From an uncultured Candidatus Binatia bacterium (GTDB lineage: Bacteria > Desulfobacterota > Binatia > Bin18): a DNA stretch of 64,000 bases. Shown piece by piece: positions 1 through 9,451 of this stretch. The position numbers were made by a program, and so were the translations under genes. The stretch is taken from positions 2,597,338 to 2,661,337 of the forward strand of contig OY282457.1 in the NCBI GenBank assembly GCA_958296235.1, read 5' to 3'. The notes under the pieces were generated by a model. It made no database searches. It worked only from the letters and a program-made list of their open reading frames with translations, and had not been told where the DNA came from. Position 1 is the stretch's first letter; each line of letters begins with the position of its first letter.

Positions 1-36
1 TCAGACGACGAGAGATACGGTAGCACCTTCTCTTCA

Positions 37-1701
37 ATGTCCGTGCATAGCCCTGCGATGAAGGATACTCCCTGGATACTGATTGATACCGAGACCACCG
101 GGATCAGGCCGCCGATATTCGTCGTTGAAATTGGCGCGCAACGGATGCGGGGCTGGGATCCGGAGGGGCCTCCGTTTCAGCGCTTGCTCAATCAGAACCG
201 GGATATTCCCCCCGAGGCGGCGCGCGTCCACGGCTATACCAAGGAAATTCTTGAGCGCGACGGCGAGCCTGCCGAGGCGGTGTATGCGGCATTCAAGGAT
301 TACGTCGGAGAATTGCCGCTCGTCGCTTACAATCTTCAGTACGACTTTGACCAAGTGCTCCTACCGGAATGGAAACGACTCGGCATCAGTCAGATTGGCG
401 TGCGGGGCTTCTGCGCGTTCCGCCTTGCACAGCGATTACTGGACCCGGTCCCAGCCGGAAATTGTAAATTGCAAACGCTCCGTCAGTACTACCGGCTGCC
501 CCAGCGTGGCGCGCATACTGCGCTGGGCGATGTGGAAACGGTTGTCGATCTGCTTGGGCAGGTGCTCCGTCCGCTTGCCGAGCAACGTGGCTTGGACTCC
601 TGGCAGCGCGTGTGTGACTTCACCACCCAGGACTGGTATCCGACCCGAATCGCTTTCGGTGCCTTTAAGGACCACCTGTTCTGGGATGCGGAGACCGACC
701 CTGCCTTGCGTGACTGGCTTGTCCGATTGTCGCAATCGTCCAACCGGCGCAACGCGGCTATCGGTCGGTGGTATCTGAGCCGATTGGCTGAGGGGAAACG
801 ATCGGACACGGTACTTCGACCGGCAGAGGTAAGCGCTCCAAGTGGTGCTGCCGGCAGTGCGCCGGACGCGGGCCTTATCATCTACACCGATCCAGCCATT
901 GAAGAATTGAAACAACTCGTCGATGCTGCACGCACCCGGCTTGCAGAAGTCGAAGCGGGATACATGACCGCTCGTAAGTGGACGGATTTCGTCAAGTCAA
1001 GACTCTACACCCTGCTGCGCGACCAATACCGCCGCCGCGACCGCCTGAAGCGGCTGGTGGAGTATCGCCGCCGTTATATAGAAACATTACTGCAAGACGG
1101 GGAGGAAGCGGCAGGCAGTATCGCCGATGCGCACGGCGTAGCGCAGGCGAGTCTGGACGCGGATTACGAAGCCCTTGACCAGGATGCCGACAGCCGCGTC
1201 GAACCGACCCCCGAGCAAGAGCAGGAAGTCAAGGCGCTCTGGCTCAAGCTGGTGAAAACGTACCATCCCGACCATTATGCCGATGAGCCGGAGAAACGGA
1301 CACGCTCCAATCAGTTGATGCAAGCCATAAATCAGGCCAAAGACAAGGGAAATGTCACCGCCCTACAGGAAATCGCGGATGATCCCGAAGGGTTTGTCCA
1401 GCGGCAGGGGTGGGGCACGCTGGCTCTTGACGATGACGATGATCTCAACCGTCTGAGGCACCTTTACGAAGGGCTCCAAGCACAGATTATCTCTCTGCTT
1501 GACCGTTTGAACGACCTCCAGGAAAGCCCCGCCTTCGACATATACCGGCGAGTCGAAGTCGAGCCGGACATACTGGAGGAGATGGCCGAAAGGCAAGGAG
1601 TGGTGCTGGACAAGGAAATAGCCGTGCTTGAAGCGGAAGCGCAACAACTGGCAACGGAAATAGAGGAATTGACCGGCGAGTCGTGCCAGGTAAGCCTGTG
1701 A
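37..1701 (+). CDS. DEDDh 3'-5' exonuclease (DnaQ/epsilon-like) fused to a coiled-coil region and a C-terminal J-domain-like module
   Basis: 554-aa ORF. Exo motifs DTETTG, AYNLQYDFD and HTALGDVE lie in the first ~180 aa, followed by an FGAFKDHLFWD...LRDWL segment. The C-terminal KTYHPDHYADEPEKRTRSNQLMQAINQAK carries an HPD tripeptide. Confidence 0.8.
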   Translation: MSVHSPAMKDTPWILIDTETTGIRPPIFVVEIGAQRMRGWDPEGPPFQRLLNQNRDIPPEAARVHGYTKEILERDGEPAEAVYAAFKDYVGELPLVAYNLQYDFDQVLLPEWKRLGISQIGVRGFCAFRLAQRLLDPVPAGNCKLQTLRQYYRLPQRGAHTALGDVETVVDLLGQVLRPLAEQRGLDSWQRVCDFTTQDWYPTRIAFGAFKDHLFWDAETDPALRDWLVRLSQSSNRRNAAIGRWYLSRLAEGKRSDTVLRPAEVSAPSGAAGSAPDAGLIIYTDPAIEELKQLVDAARTRLAEVEAGYMTARKWTDFVKSRLYTLLRDQYRRRDRLKRLVEYRRRYIETLLQDGEEAAGSIADAHGVAQASLDADYEALDQDADSRVEPTPEQEQEVKALWLKLVKTYHPDHYADEPEKRTRSNQLMQAINQAKDKGNVTALQEIADDPEGFVQRQGWGTLALDDDDDLNRLRHLYEGLQAQIISLLDRLNDLQESPAFDIYRRVEVEPDILEEMAERQGVVLDKEIAVLEAEAQQLATEIEELTGESCQVSL

Positions 1702-1716
1702 GGAGACAGAGAGCCC

Positions 1717-3066
1717 ATGAGTGACAAAGAGGACACCTCCCTTGTCCCGAGACCCGCCAGCGAGTTGGTGCGCATTCCGCCCGGAGCCAACGCAATCATT
1801 GATGGCATAGTCAGTGACGCGACGGACATCATTCGTGCGCGTGACGCTGTTCGACACAGGATTGGTGAGTACGAATTTCGTGAGCCCGACTACCGGCAAA
1901 TTCTGACCTGGGCCAAAGCTGCGGGGATGACGCCAGAGGGGTTGGTGGAGAGGATGCAAAGAGGTGGGCTTGAGGTCTCTGACGGTGTCCTCATAGATAT
2001 AGATGTCGGACGGATTTTTACGGGAATTGGGTTGGATTTTTCACATGTTTTGCACCTGGAGAAGCTTGATTGTAGGGATAATCATCTCACCAAGCTTGAT
2101 TTGGCAAAGGTACCGTATCTGAAGGTCCTCTGGTGCGGAGATAATCATCTCACCAAGCTTGATTTGTCGCAGGTATCACATCTGGAGGAACTCCATTATG
2201 AGGGAAACCAACTCGTCGAACTAGACCTGTCGCAGGTGCCGTGTCTAAAGGTCCTCTGGTGTAGGAATAATCGCCTCACCGAACTCGATTTGTCGCAGGT
2301 GCCGTATCTAGAGGAACTCCATTGTGAGGGAAACCAACTCGTCGAACTAGACCTGTCGCAGGTGCCGTGTCTGAAATACCTTAATTGCAAGGAAAATCGC
2401 TTCACCGAACTCGATTTGTCGCAGGTGCCGTATCTAGAGGAACTCCATTGTGAGGGAAACCAACTCGTCGAACTAGACCTGTCGCAGGTGCCGTGTCTAA
2501 AGGTCCTCTGGTGTGGGAATAATCACCTCATCAAGCTTAGTCTATCACGGGTACCGCACCTGGAGACGCTCCTATGCGAGAAAAATCATCTTACCAAGCT
2601 TGATCTGTCGCAAGTACCAAATCTGGAGGGGCTCAGTTGTGGAGACAATAAACTCTCCAAGTTGGACCTGTCAGAGGTGTCAATGCTGCAGAGCCTTTCG
2701 TGTGAGGGAAACCAAATCATCGAATTAGACCTGTCAGAGGTGCCAATGCTGCAGAGCCTTTCGTGTGAGGGAAACCAACTCATCGAATTAGACCTGTCAG
2801 AAGCGTCGAGCCTGGAGAGCCTCATTTGCGGGAACAATAGACTCACCAAGTTGGACCTGTCGCAGGTACTCGAACTGTGGAGGCTCCATTGCGAGGGAAA
2901 TGCGCTTACGGAGTTAGACCTGTCAGCGGTACTAGAGTTGGAGGTTCTCTGGTGCTGGAACAACCGGCTCACTGAGTTGGACATATCCGGTTTGGAGTCG
3001 CCAGAGTTGGTTGTTGAATACGATCAACACGTGGATATTCACACACGCGATGAGCAACTTTTTTAG
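1717..3066 (+). CDS. Leucine-rich repeat (LRR) protein with a unique ~100-aa N-terminal domain
   Basis: 449-aa ORF starting 16 nt after the exonuclease stop. About 15 consecutive 21-residue repeats of the form LxELDLSQVPxLxxLxCxxNx (e.g. LTELDLSQVPYLEELHCEGNQ). Confidence 0.85.
   Translation: MSDKEDTSLVPRPASELVRIPPGANAIIDGIVSDATDIIRARDAVRHRIGEYEFREPDYRQILTWAKAAGMTPEGLVERMQRGGLEVSDGVLIDIDVGRIFTGIGLDFSHVLHLEKLDCRDNHLTKLDLAKVPYLKVLWCGDNHLTKLDLSQVSHLEELHYEGNQLVELDLSQVPCLKVLWCRNNRLTELDLSQVPYLEELHCEGNQLVELDLSQVPCLKYLNCKENRFTELDLSQVPYLEELHCEGNQLVELDLSQVPCLKVLWCGNNHLIKLSLSRVPHLETLLCEKNHLTKLDLSQVPNLEGLSCGDNKLSKLDLSEVSMLQSLSCEGNQIIELDLSEVPMLQSLSCEGNQLIELDLSEASSLESLICGNNRLTKLDLSQVLELWRLHCEGNALTELDLSAVLELEVLWCWNNRLTELDISGLESPELVVEYDQHVDIHTRDEQLF
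2040..3000 (+). repeat. 63-bp LRR-coding tandem repeats, partly organised as near-identical 126-bp super-units
   Basis: The string gagggaaaccaactcgtcgaactagacctgtcgcaggtgccgtgtct recurs at 2200, 2326 and 2452, an exact 126-nt spacing. Confidence 0.85.
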
Positions 3067-3153
3067 GGTCTAGTGAAGGATCACTTTCTTTGACAGAGGC
3101 TTCTATTACCAAGCAGTCGCCTGCGCATCGTTGAGTTGACACGGACGGATATT

Positions 3154-3951
3154 TTAAGCTAGTCCGTTTATTCTTTCTTCTGCATACCGTTCAAGGTCGT
3201 TATTTCCCTGCTGGTGCGCCAGTGTGAGTGCTTGTTTGAAATCTGCCAAGGCTTCCTCGTTTCGCCCGAGTTCCTGCTTAGTGTCTCCCCGGTTGTTGTA
3301 TGCCTTAACATAGTCAGGCTTTAGCTCAATGGCTCGGTCATAGTCGGCAAGAGCTGATTCGTACTCCCCAAGGGCAGACTTGGCATTACCCCGGTTGTTG
3401 TATGCCTTAACACAGTCAGACTTTAGCTTAATGGCTCGGTCACAGTCGGCGATGGCTTCCTCGTTTCGCCCGATTTTTTGCTTAGTGTCTCCCCGGTTGT
3501 TGTATGCCTCAACACAGTCAGGCTTTAGCTCAATGGCTCGGTCATAGTCGGCAAGAGCTGATTCGTACTCCCCAAGGTCAGACTTGGCATTACCCCGGTT
3601 GATGTAGGCGTCAGACAGGTCCGGCTTCAACTTGATTGCCTCGTCGTAGTCCGCGATGGCGTCTCTGTACCGGCGAATATACTCCTTCACAACACCCCGG
3701 TTATGGTATGCATCGGCAAGGTCAGCAGCATCGTCAGGCTTTAGCTTAATGGCTCGGTCATAGTCGGCAAGAGCTGATTCGTATTGCTGAATCTCAAGTC
3801 TGGCAAGCCCTCGGTTGAAATAGGCACGAGCAGAATCAGGCTTGAGTTCAATGGCGCGCTCATAGTCCGCGATGGCTTTCTCGTATTTGCCTAATGCAGC
3901 TCTGACATTGGCTCTTTGAAAATAATCCTCACTGAGTGCTTCTTTATTCAT
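3154..3951 (-). CDS. Tetratricopeptide repeat (TPR) protein
   Basis: Seven 34-residue repeats with an ADYdrAIeLKPD...AYnNRG consensus. I chose the start at MNKEALSEDYF (3951) rather than the ORF-track start at 4149, which would run through the upstream FRG gene. At the DNA level the repeats are near-identical at 204-nt spacing. Confidence 0.8.
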   Translation of the reverse strand: MNKEALSEDYFQRANVRAALGKYEKAIADYERAIELKPDSARAYFNRGLARLEIQQYESALADYDRAIKLKPDDAADLADAYHNRGVVKEYIRRYRDAIADYDEAIKLKPDLSDAYINRGNAKSDLGEYESALADYDRAIELKPDCVEAYNNRGDTKQKIGRNEEAIADCDRAIKLKSDCVKAYNNRGNAKSALGEYESALADYDRAIELKPDYVKAYNNRGDTKQELGRNEEALADFKQALTLAHQQGNNDLERYAEERINGLA

Positions 3952-4753
3952 CGCCTTGGGCCTCCGCTTTTCTGATTTCTTCAGTGTAGTAATCCTCTGC
4001 GAGGTCCCGGTTATAAGCAGATTCGGCAGTGTTTCTTTCAAAAAAACCTGTAAGGTCTGAAAACAGTGTTTTTTCTGAAATGCCCATCGTCTCCAATTCT
4101 TGCAGCAACGTTTCCTTGTGCTCTTTAGGGATAAAAATTTCCCGCTCAATCATGCTTGCTTCTACTTCAGGCAAACCAAACAGGAAGACGGACTGCTGCA
4201 TGGTAATGCGTTGGGTATCTACGGTAGAATTGTCTATGGATGGTTGCCAGAGATGCCATTGGCCGTCTTCCTCAAAAAACGTCTTGAGTGCCTGACCCAA
4301 GGCTCCTTTCGTTTTGATTTCCCTTATCTTGTCAGGTTGGACATTGACCACAAAGACTTTCCCGTCCGTTGCCTCATCCGTTTCCCCATCCGTTTCACAT
4401 GCAAACCAGAGGGCAACCAGTGGATTGTAGGTAAAATCTATCAGCCCGGTGGCCCCTCTGTTGTGTTGCAAGTGCGCCATGCACTCCAATGCCGTCAGAT
4501 TACTATAGACGCTGGAGTAGCGGAGTTGAACTTCGTCAATAATCTGGTGGATGTATCCCTTGAAAAGATACCGCCGTAGCTCGGAGTGTTTCAATGGTTC
4601 CTTTTGTAGGCGACGGAGAGCCCCGCTTTGTATGTGCCAGGTTTTGTTTTTTTGTCCGCGATAAATATAGCGGTTATCCTCGTTCGGAACCGCAATCTTG
4701 TTTATTTCTACGATGTAGTCCACCAGGTTGGTTAGTTCTTGAGCACTGCTCAT
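3944..4753 (-). CDS. FRG domain-containing protein
   Basis: 269-aa ORF with NRYIYRGQKNKTWHIQSGALRR (the F/YRGQ signature of FRG domains). Its stop overlaps the TPR start by 8 nt. Confidence 0.7.
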   Translation of the reverse strand: MSSAQELTNLVDYIVEINKIAVPNEDNRYIYRGQKNKTWHIQSGALRRLQKEPLKHSELRRYLFKGYIHQIIDEVQLRYSSVYSNLTALECMAHLQHNRGATGLIDFTYNPLVALWFACETDGETDEATDGKVFVVNVQPDKIREIKTKGALGQALKTFFEEDGQWHLWQPSIDNSTVDTQRITMQQSVFLFGLPEVEASMIEREIFIPKEHKETLLQELETMGISEKTLFSDLTGFFERNTAESAYNRDLAEDYYTEEIRKAEAQGDE

Positions 4754-5152
4754 CTGCTTGCCTCTATGAGTTTTATTTCTCCGTCAGTCAACCCGTCCTT
4801 CGCATAAATTCGACATATATGTCTCGCGTGCAGGAACGCAAGCTCGGCAAGCTGTCACCCCTGCATTTGGTACTGGTACAGGTGTACCGTTTTCCGTTCG
4901 TCACCTATACGAGGCGGGCCGCACGGAGTTGGCTCCGCACCCCTGTGGCGATGACATCCCGCGTGAGACCCATCGCCCGCTTTTCCCCACGAACCGACTC
5001 GACAAACAGCGCCATCGGCTCACACTCATTTCCCAGCTACAACTCCTCTAACCCTGCATGTCTTGGCGTAGCCTTGGTGACGGAGCAATAGGTGAGCAAA
5101 ACCCCAACGAGAAGGAAGGAGCGCACGAGACGCTCCTTCTGGTCATGGGTCC

Positions 5153-5581
5153 CTACTTACAGTCGTTCCAGGTCTGCACCCCCCAGTTGCCGGAGCAGCG
5201 GTTGCCGCGCATCTGGTCCACCCAGTTCCGCTCATTTTCGATAGCAGCCCGCTCGCGTTCGATCTCAAGCATCTGCTGGAAGCGGCGCTCTGCGTTGGCC
5301 TCCGCCCTGCGCGCCCTTTGGTCCGCTTCTAACTGCGCCATCCATTCGCGGTGCTCCCGCTCCTGCCTGAGCCGGTCCTGCCTGAGCCGGTCCTGCCTGA
5401 GTTGCTCCTCATATTGCTGGTGATAGTCGGGCACGGACATCGGCCCCATATCCATATATTGCTCCTGATAGGGCTGGTCCCAGTTCGGCATCGGGATTTC
5501 AAATGCCAACCCCTGAGCGGCCGCGGGGCCGGCCCAGAAGACCATCCCTGCGATCATTAGTCCAACGAGAGAACTGCGCAT
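5153..5581 (-). CDS. Secreted hypothetical protein, charged Q/R/E-rich, with two C-terminal Cys
   Basis: Start at MRSSLVGLMIAGMVFWAGPAAAQ (signal-peptide-like) with AGGAG 7 nt upstream. Contains the RQDRLRQDRLRQ repeat. Confidence 0.55.
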   Translation of the reverse strand: MRSSLVGLMIAGMVFWAGPAAAQGLAFEIPMPNWDQPYQEQYMDMGPMSVPDYHQQYEEQLRQDRLRQDRLRQEREHREWMAQLEADQRARRAEANAERRFQQMLEIERERAAIENERNWVDQMRGNRCSGNWGVQTWNDCK

Positions 5582-5852
5582 TGTACATCTCCTGCTATCG
5601 TGCTGAACCACACGACAGGTGTACCACGTGGCCTTAACCTGCACCACTACCAGAAGACTGGCTGGAGGCATTGAATCGCCAACATGGGATCGACCGTAGA
5701 AGCCAGGAGGGGCGAGGTTGGCGTATTCTACAGGAGATGAACAACGGGTGGCCCACCATTAACCGTGAAATTTGTAATGTGCTCACGAAGAACGCGCGGG
5801 CACGCATTACGTGCTTGCAGGGGCTGCGCTCAAGAGCACATCAACAGCGGGA

Positions 5853-6065
5853 CTAGGCGTTTTCCTCTTTATATATTTCCAGCCAGGCCATTTGGATGGC
5901 TTCGAGTTTGCCCTCACTCGACTCCTGGGGGTCATCGCTGAAATCCTCCAGGTCTGTGACCCAGCGGAGCAGGTCGGTAAACCGGATGCTCAACGGGTCG
6001 GTCTCGGGCTGCGCTTCGAAGAGCTGCTCGGCAATATCTTCAGGCGTGTCCCAGTATAGCTTCAT
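5853..6065 (-). CDS. iscX: Fe-S cluster assembly protein IscX
   Basis: MKLYWDTPEDIAEQLFEAQPETDPLSIRFTDLLRWVTDLEDFSDDPQESSEGKLEAIQMAWL matches my recollection of the E. coli IscX/YfhJ pattern (RFTDL..W...LEDF.DDP). It starts 16 nt after the hscA stop. Confidence 0.8.
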   Translation of the reverse strand: MKLYWDTPEDIAEQLFEAQPETDPLSIRFTDLLRWVTDLEDFSDDPQESSEGKLEAIQMAWLEIYKEENA

Positions 6066-6081
6066 GGCTCCCTCCAGGTTG

Positions 6082-7905
6082 CTATAAGTCGGAGAGCTGT
6101 TTCTCACCCAGCGCCGCCTGGATTGAAGAATCCATAATCCGTTGGGCAAACGGAGTTGTCACCTGGCTCAACTCCTCAGTCAGGTCCCGGATCAGATCGT
6201 AATCTTCTCCAGCGCACGCCTCGCGGACCTTTTGCACGACCTGAGCAATCTGTTCTTCCTCGCCCTCTTGCAGAAACGAGGCATTCTGGCTCAGGGCCTT
6301 GTCGGTGGCGTGCAGTACGGTATCGGCCTCAGTCCGGGCCTCAATCAGCAAACGCTGCTCAATGTCCTCCTCCGCAAAGTCAATGGACTCTTCCAGCAGC
6401 CGCTCTACCTCTTCGTCGGTCAAGCCATAGGACGGTTTCACCTCAAGCGAACGTTCGCGCCCGGTCCGCAAGTCGGTTGCGGAAACGTTCAGAATACCGT
6501 TGGCATCGATCATAAATGTCACTTCGACGCGCGGGACTCCGGCCGGCTTGGGCTCAATGGGAATGGAGAAGCGGGCCAAGCTCCGACAATCCTGGACCAG
6601 TTCGCGTTCTCCTTGCAGGACATGAACGGCGACCGCGGTTTGGTCATCCACCGCGGTCGTAAACATTTCCTTCACACTCGCCGGGATGGTCGTATTGCGC
6701 TCGATGAGATGACTCATGACCCCGCCCATAGTCTCAATCCCTAAGGATAACGGGACTACATCGAGCAGCAGCATATCCCGCCGCCGCCCGGACAGGGTAT
6801 CCGCCTGGACAGCCGCCCCGAGAGCAACGACCTCATCCGGGTCGATGTCGGTGAGTGGCGTCCGGCCAAAAAACTCACCTACCCGCTGGCGCACCAGCGG
6901 CATCCGGGTCGAGCCGCCGACCAGAACGACTTCTTCAATATCATGGGTCTCAAGCCCGGCATCTTTGAGTGCCTGACGACACGGCTCAAGCGTGCGGGCC
7001 ACAATCTCCTCAACTGCGGCTTCCATCTCTTGCCGGCTCAGGCTGCGCGAGATCTGAATGCCTTTTTCCGGGAGCGTCAGATTGAGGACTGTCTCCTCCT
7101 GCTCGGATAAGACCTGCTTGGCCTTTTCAGCCGCACGGAGCGCGTTATTCAGTACCTGCGGATCATTGCGCAATGCTTCAGTCAGTTCCGCGAGGAGAAA
7201 GCGCTCGGCTATGCACTGATCGATATCGTCACCACCCAAGCGGGTATTGCCGTTGGTGGATAGCACCTCGAAGATGCCGGTGTGAAGCCGCAGAATAGAC
7301 ACGTCAAACGTGCCCCCGCCAAAGTCATACACCGCAATCAGCCCCTCTTCTTTTGTATGCAGGCCATAGGCGAGAGCGGCCGCGGTCGGTTCGTTGAGGA
7401 GGCGAATGACCTCAAGGCCGGCCAGCTTGCCGGCGTCTTTGGTCGCCTGCCGCTGCGAGTCGTTGAAATACGCCGGAACGGTAATGACCACCTTACGGAC
7501 CTCTGCTTGGAGGGCCGCCGTCGCCCGCTCTCGCAAGGCGCGCAGAATAACAGCCGAGACCTCCGGTGGTGTCACCTGCCGGTCGTGGATGGCAAAACGG
7601 ACCAGACTGGCGGAGTCCTCTTGATCGTCAACGAAGCGATAGCGCTTCCGATCAGCAGGGCTTATATGCCCCATACCGAGGCCCATAAAACGCTTCACTG
7701 ACCGAATGGTCGAGAGCGGCTGCGTTCGGGCTAACTCGCCCGCCTCGCGGCCAACAACAACCCGCTCATTCGGCAAAAAACTGACGATAGACGGGAGCGT
7801 CTTCTGCCCGGTTCCGCTATCGGCAACGACTTGTGGGCCAGCGTCGTCTACATACGCAATCAGACTATTGGTGGTGCCGAGATCAATCCCAACTATATGT
7901 TCCAC
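6082..7905 (-). CDS. hscA: Fe-S protein assembly chaperone HscA (Hsp70 family)
   Basis: 607 aa; [11 protein letters not shown] and [10 protein letters not shown] Hsp70 motifs; position within the isc cluster. Confidence 0.95.
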   Translation of the reverse strand: MEHIVGIDLGTTNSLIAYVDDAGPQVVADSGTGQKTLPSIVSFLPNERVVVGREAGELARTQPLSTIRSVKRFMGLGMGHISPADRKRYRFVDDQEDSASLVRFAIHDRQVTPPEVSAVILRALRERATAALQAEVRKVVITVPAYFNDSQRQATKDAGKLAGLEVIRLLNEPTAAALAYGLHTKEEGLIAVYDFGGGTFDVSILRLHTGIFEVLSTNGNTRLGGDDIDQCIAERFLLAELTEALRNDPQVLNNALRAAEKAKQVLSEQEETVLNLTLPEKGIQISRSLSRQEMEAAVEEIVARTLEPCRQALKDAGLETHDIEEVVLVGGSTRMPLVRQRVGEFFGRTPLTDIDPDEVVALGAAVQADTLSGRRRDMLLLDVVPLSLGIETMGGVMSHLIERNTTIPASVKEMFTTAVDDQTAVAVHVLQGERELVQDCRSLARFSIPIEPKPAGVPRVEVTFMIDANGILNVSATDLRTGRERSLEVKPSYGLTDEEVERLLEESIDFAEEDIEQRLLIEARTEADTVLHATDKALSQNASFLQEGEEEQIAQVVQKVREACAGEDYDLIRDLTEELSQVTTPFAQRIMDSSIQAALGEKQLSDL

Positions 7906-7922
7906 GATGCGCCTCTATTTTT

Positions 7923-8591
7923 TCAAAGGATGGAGAGGGCCTTTTCCACGTCGCGGGTTAATGTCCGCAGATAGGCCATCTCGGACAGCACCCGCTTCAG
8001 TTCGCTCAAGAGTGCGGACGAACCGTCAGCCTGCCCCCATTTGGAGAAATTGGCCGCCAGCCTGTGCTGTAAATCCCGCATCCGGTCGTCCAGATCATCT
8101 CGTACCTGAGTCATCTCGGCTCTGAGGCCCGCCAGCGCATCCTGCGTGCCTTCGGTCTCGGCAGGGCGGGCCTCCCGTACGGCTGCCAGCTTTTCCTGTA
8201 CCTCAAACACGAAGAGGGCCAGAGCAGGAGGGACTTTGTTATTTTCCTTGCCGAGAGGTTCCCCGTTGAGCGCAAGCCAGTACCGGCCGCGCTGGACAGG
8301 GTCGCGCAGTGTCCGGTAGGCCCGGTTCACCAGCGCTGTATTCTGAAGGCTGGCTTCCCGCTCCTGCGCAGTCCCGGTCTGGTGCAGGTCAGGATGGAGT
8401 TGGCGGCTCAGCTCATAATACGTCTGGGCCAGCGCCTGCTCATCAAGCCGCGGATGACGAGCCAGACCAAATAGTGTGAAATAGTCAATATCTGGAGGTA
8501 GAGGTTGGAGCGCCTCGCAGGCCGGGCAGAACACCTGGGGTCTATGCTCGTCCTGACAGCGCCAGCAGCGCGCCACCGTCGGCGTTGCCAT
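7923..8591 (-). CDS. hscB: Co-chaperone HscB with N-terminal CxxC...CxxC zinc-ribbon-like segment
   Basis: J-domain HPD (QLHPDLH). CWRCQDEHRPQVFCPACEA at the N-terminus. Start at MATPTVARCW (8591) avoids overlap with iscA. Confidence 0.85.
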   Translation of the reverse strand: MATPTVARCWRCQDEHRPQVFCPACEALQPLPPDIDYFTLFGLARHPRLDEQALAQTYYELSRQLHPDLHQTGTAQEREASLQNTALVNRAYRTLRDPVQRGRYWLALNGEPLGKENNKVPPALALFVFEVQEKLAAVREARPAETEGTQDALAGLRAEMTQVRDDLDDRMRDLQHRLAANFSKWGQADGSSALLSELKRVLSEMAYLRTLTRDVEKALSIL

Positions 8592-8604
8592 AGTGAATGG
8601 TGGG

Positions 8605-8952
8605 CTAGACAGAGAAGGAGCTACCGCAGCCGCACGCACGTTTGATATTGGGATTCGTCAGCTTAAAGCCCGAATCCATTAAAGTCTCGGAAAAATCCAA
8701 CTCTGTCCCGCGGAGATAGATAAAGCTTTTTCGGTCAACAATGACTTTGGCGCTTTCCCGCTCAAAGACACGGTCGCCGTCACGTGGAATATCCAGGTCC
8801 ATCTTATAGGACAAACCCGAACAGCCTCCACCAACCACCTTGACCCGCAAGCCGCAAGCCTGCCGCCCGTCCTGGACCGTCAGGTCTCCAATCTTTTTGG
8901 CTGCGTTTTCGCTGATGTCGATTTTGAGCTTTGCTTTCCCGCTTGCTGCCAT
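8605..8952 (-). CDS. iscA: Iron-sulfur cluster insertion/scaffold protein IscA (HesB family)
   Basis: 115 aa; GGGCSG and C-terminal CGCGSSF motifs. Confidence 0.9.
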   Translation of the reverse strand: MAASGKAKLKIDISENAAKKIGDLTVQDGRQACGLRVKVVGGGCSGLSYKMDLDIPRDGDRVFERESAKVIVDRKSFIYLRGTELDFSETLMDSGFKLTNPNIKRACGCGSSFSV

Positions 8953-8994
8953 ACCAGTTGTCCCAATCTGCTGTCGGTTTCGGTGTCCGTTGGT

Positions 8995-9408
8995 CTAGGC
9001 GGCATCCTTCTTGGGTGCCCCCGCTCCTTCTGCCCGGTCCCGCCAGTCCGCCACCGCCGCCTTGATCGCATCCTCCGCTAACACCGAACAGTGAATCTTC
9101 ACCGGCGGTAACGCCAACTCGGTCACGATCTCCGTGTTCTTGATCGCCCCCGCCTCCGCCACCGTCTTCCCCTTCACCAACTCCGTCACATAACTCGACG
9201 ACGCGATCGCCGACCCACACCCAAAGGTCTTGAATTTCGCATCTTCTATCACTTCGGTCTGCGGGTTGATCTTCAACTGCAACTTCATCACGTCCCCGCA
9301 CTCCGGGGCCCCCACCACGCCCGTGCCCACGTTGCCTTCCTCGGCCGCAAAACTCCCCACGTTCCGCGGCCGCTCGTAATGCTCTACCACTCGCTCGGTG
9401 TATGCCAT
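8995..9408 (-). CDS. iscU: Fe-S cluster assembly scaffold IscU
   Basis: 137 aa; YERPRNVG, GAPECGDVMKL, FKTFGCGSAIASSS and LPPVKIHCS motifs. Confidence 0.95.
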   Translation of the reverse strand: MAYTERVVEHYERPRNVGSFAAEEGNVGTGVVGAPECGDVMKLQLKINPQTEVIEDAKFKTFGCGSAIASSSYVTELVKGKTVAEAGAIKNTEIVTELALPPVKIHCSVLAEDAIKAAVADWRDRAEGAGAPKKDAA

Positions 9409-9451
9409 CTTCGCTTCTCCCTCAGTATATGGTGTTAAACGCTTGCCGCGC

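Noticed and set aside
3952-4149. Upstream extension of the TPR ORF to the ATG at 4149
   Set aside because: It would overlap ~200 nt of the FRG gene in another frame, and the translated extension (MSGKFLSLKSTRKRCCKNWRRW...) is not TPR-like. The Met at 3951 gives a clean 8-nt overlap.
4754-5152. 400-bp gap containing the listed 165-aa plus-strand ORF (4594..5091) and short minus-strand reading frames (e.g. MALFVESVRGEKRAMGLTRDVIATGV...)
   Set aside because: The 165-aa ORF overlaps the FRG gene start and has no protein-like features. The minus-strand fragments are interrupted by stops within 40 codons, and any HTH or recombinase resemblance is too weak to call.
8804-9301. 165-aa Gly/Asp/Arg-rich ORF on the minus strand
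   Set aside because: It is an out-of-frame overlap of iscA and iscU on the same strand. Both of those have unambiguous motifs.
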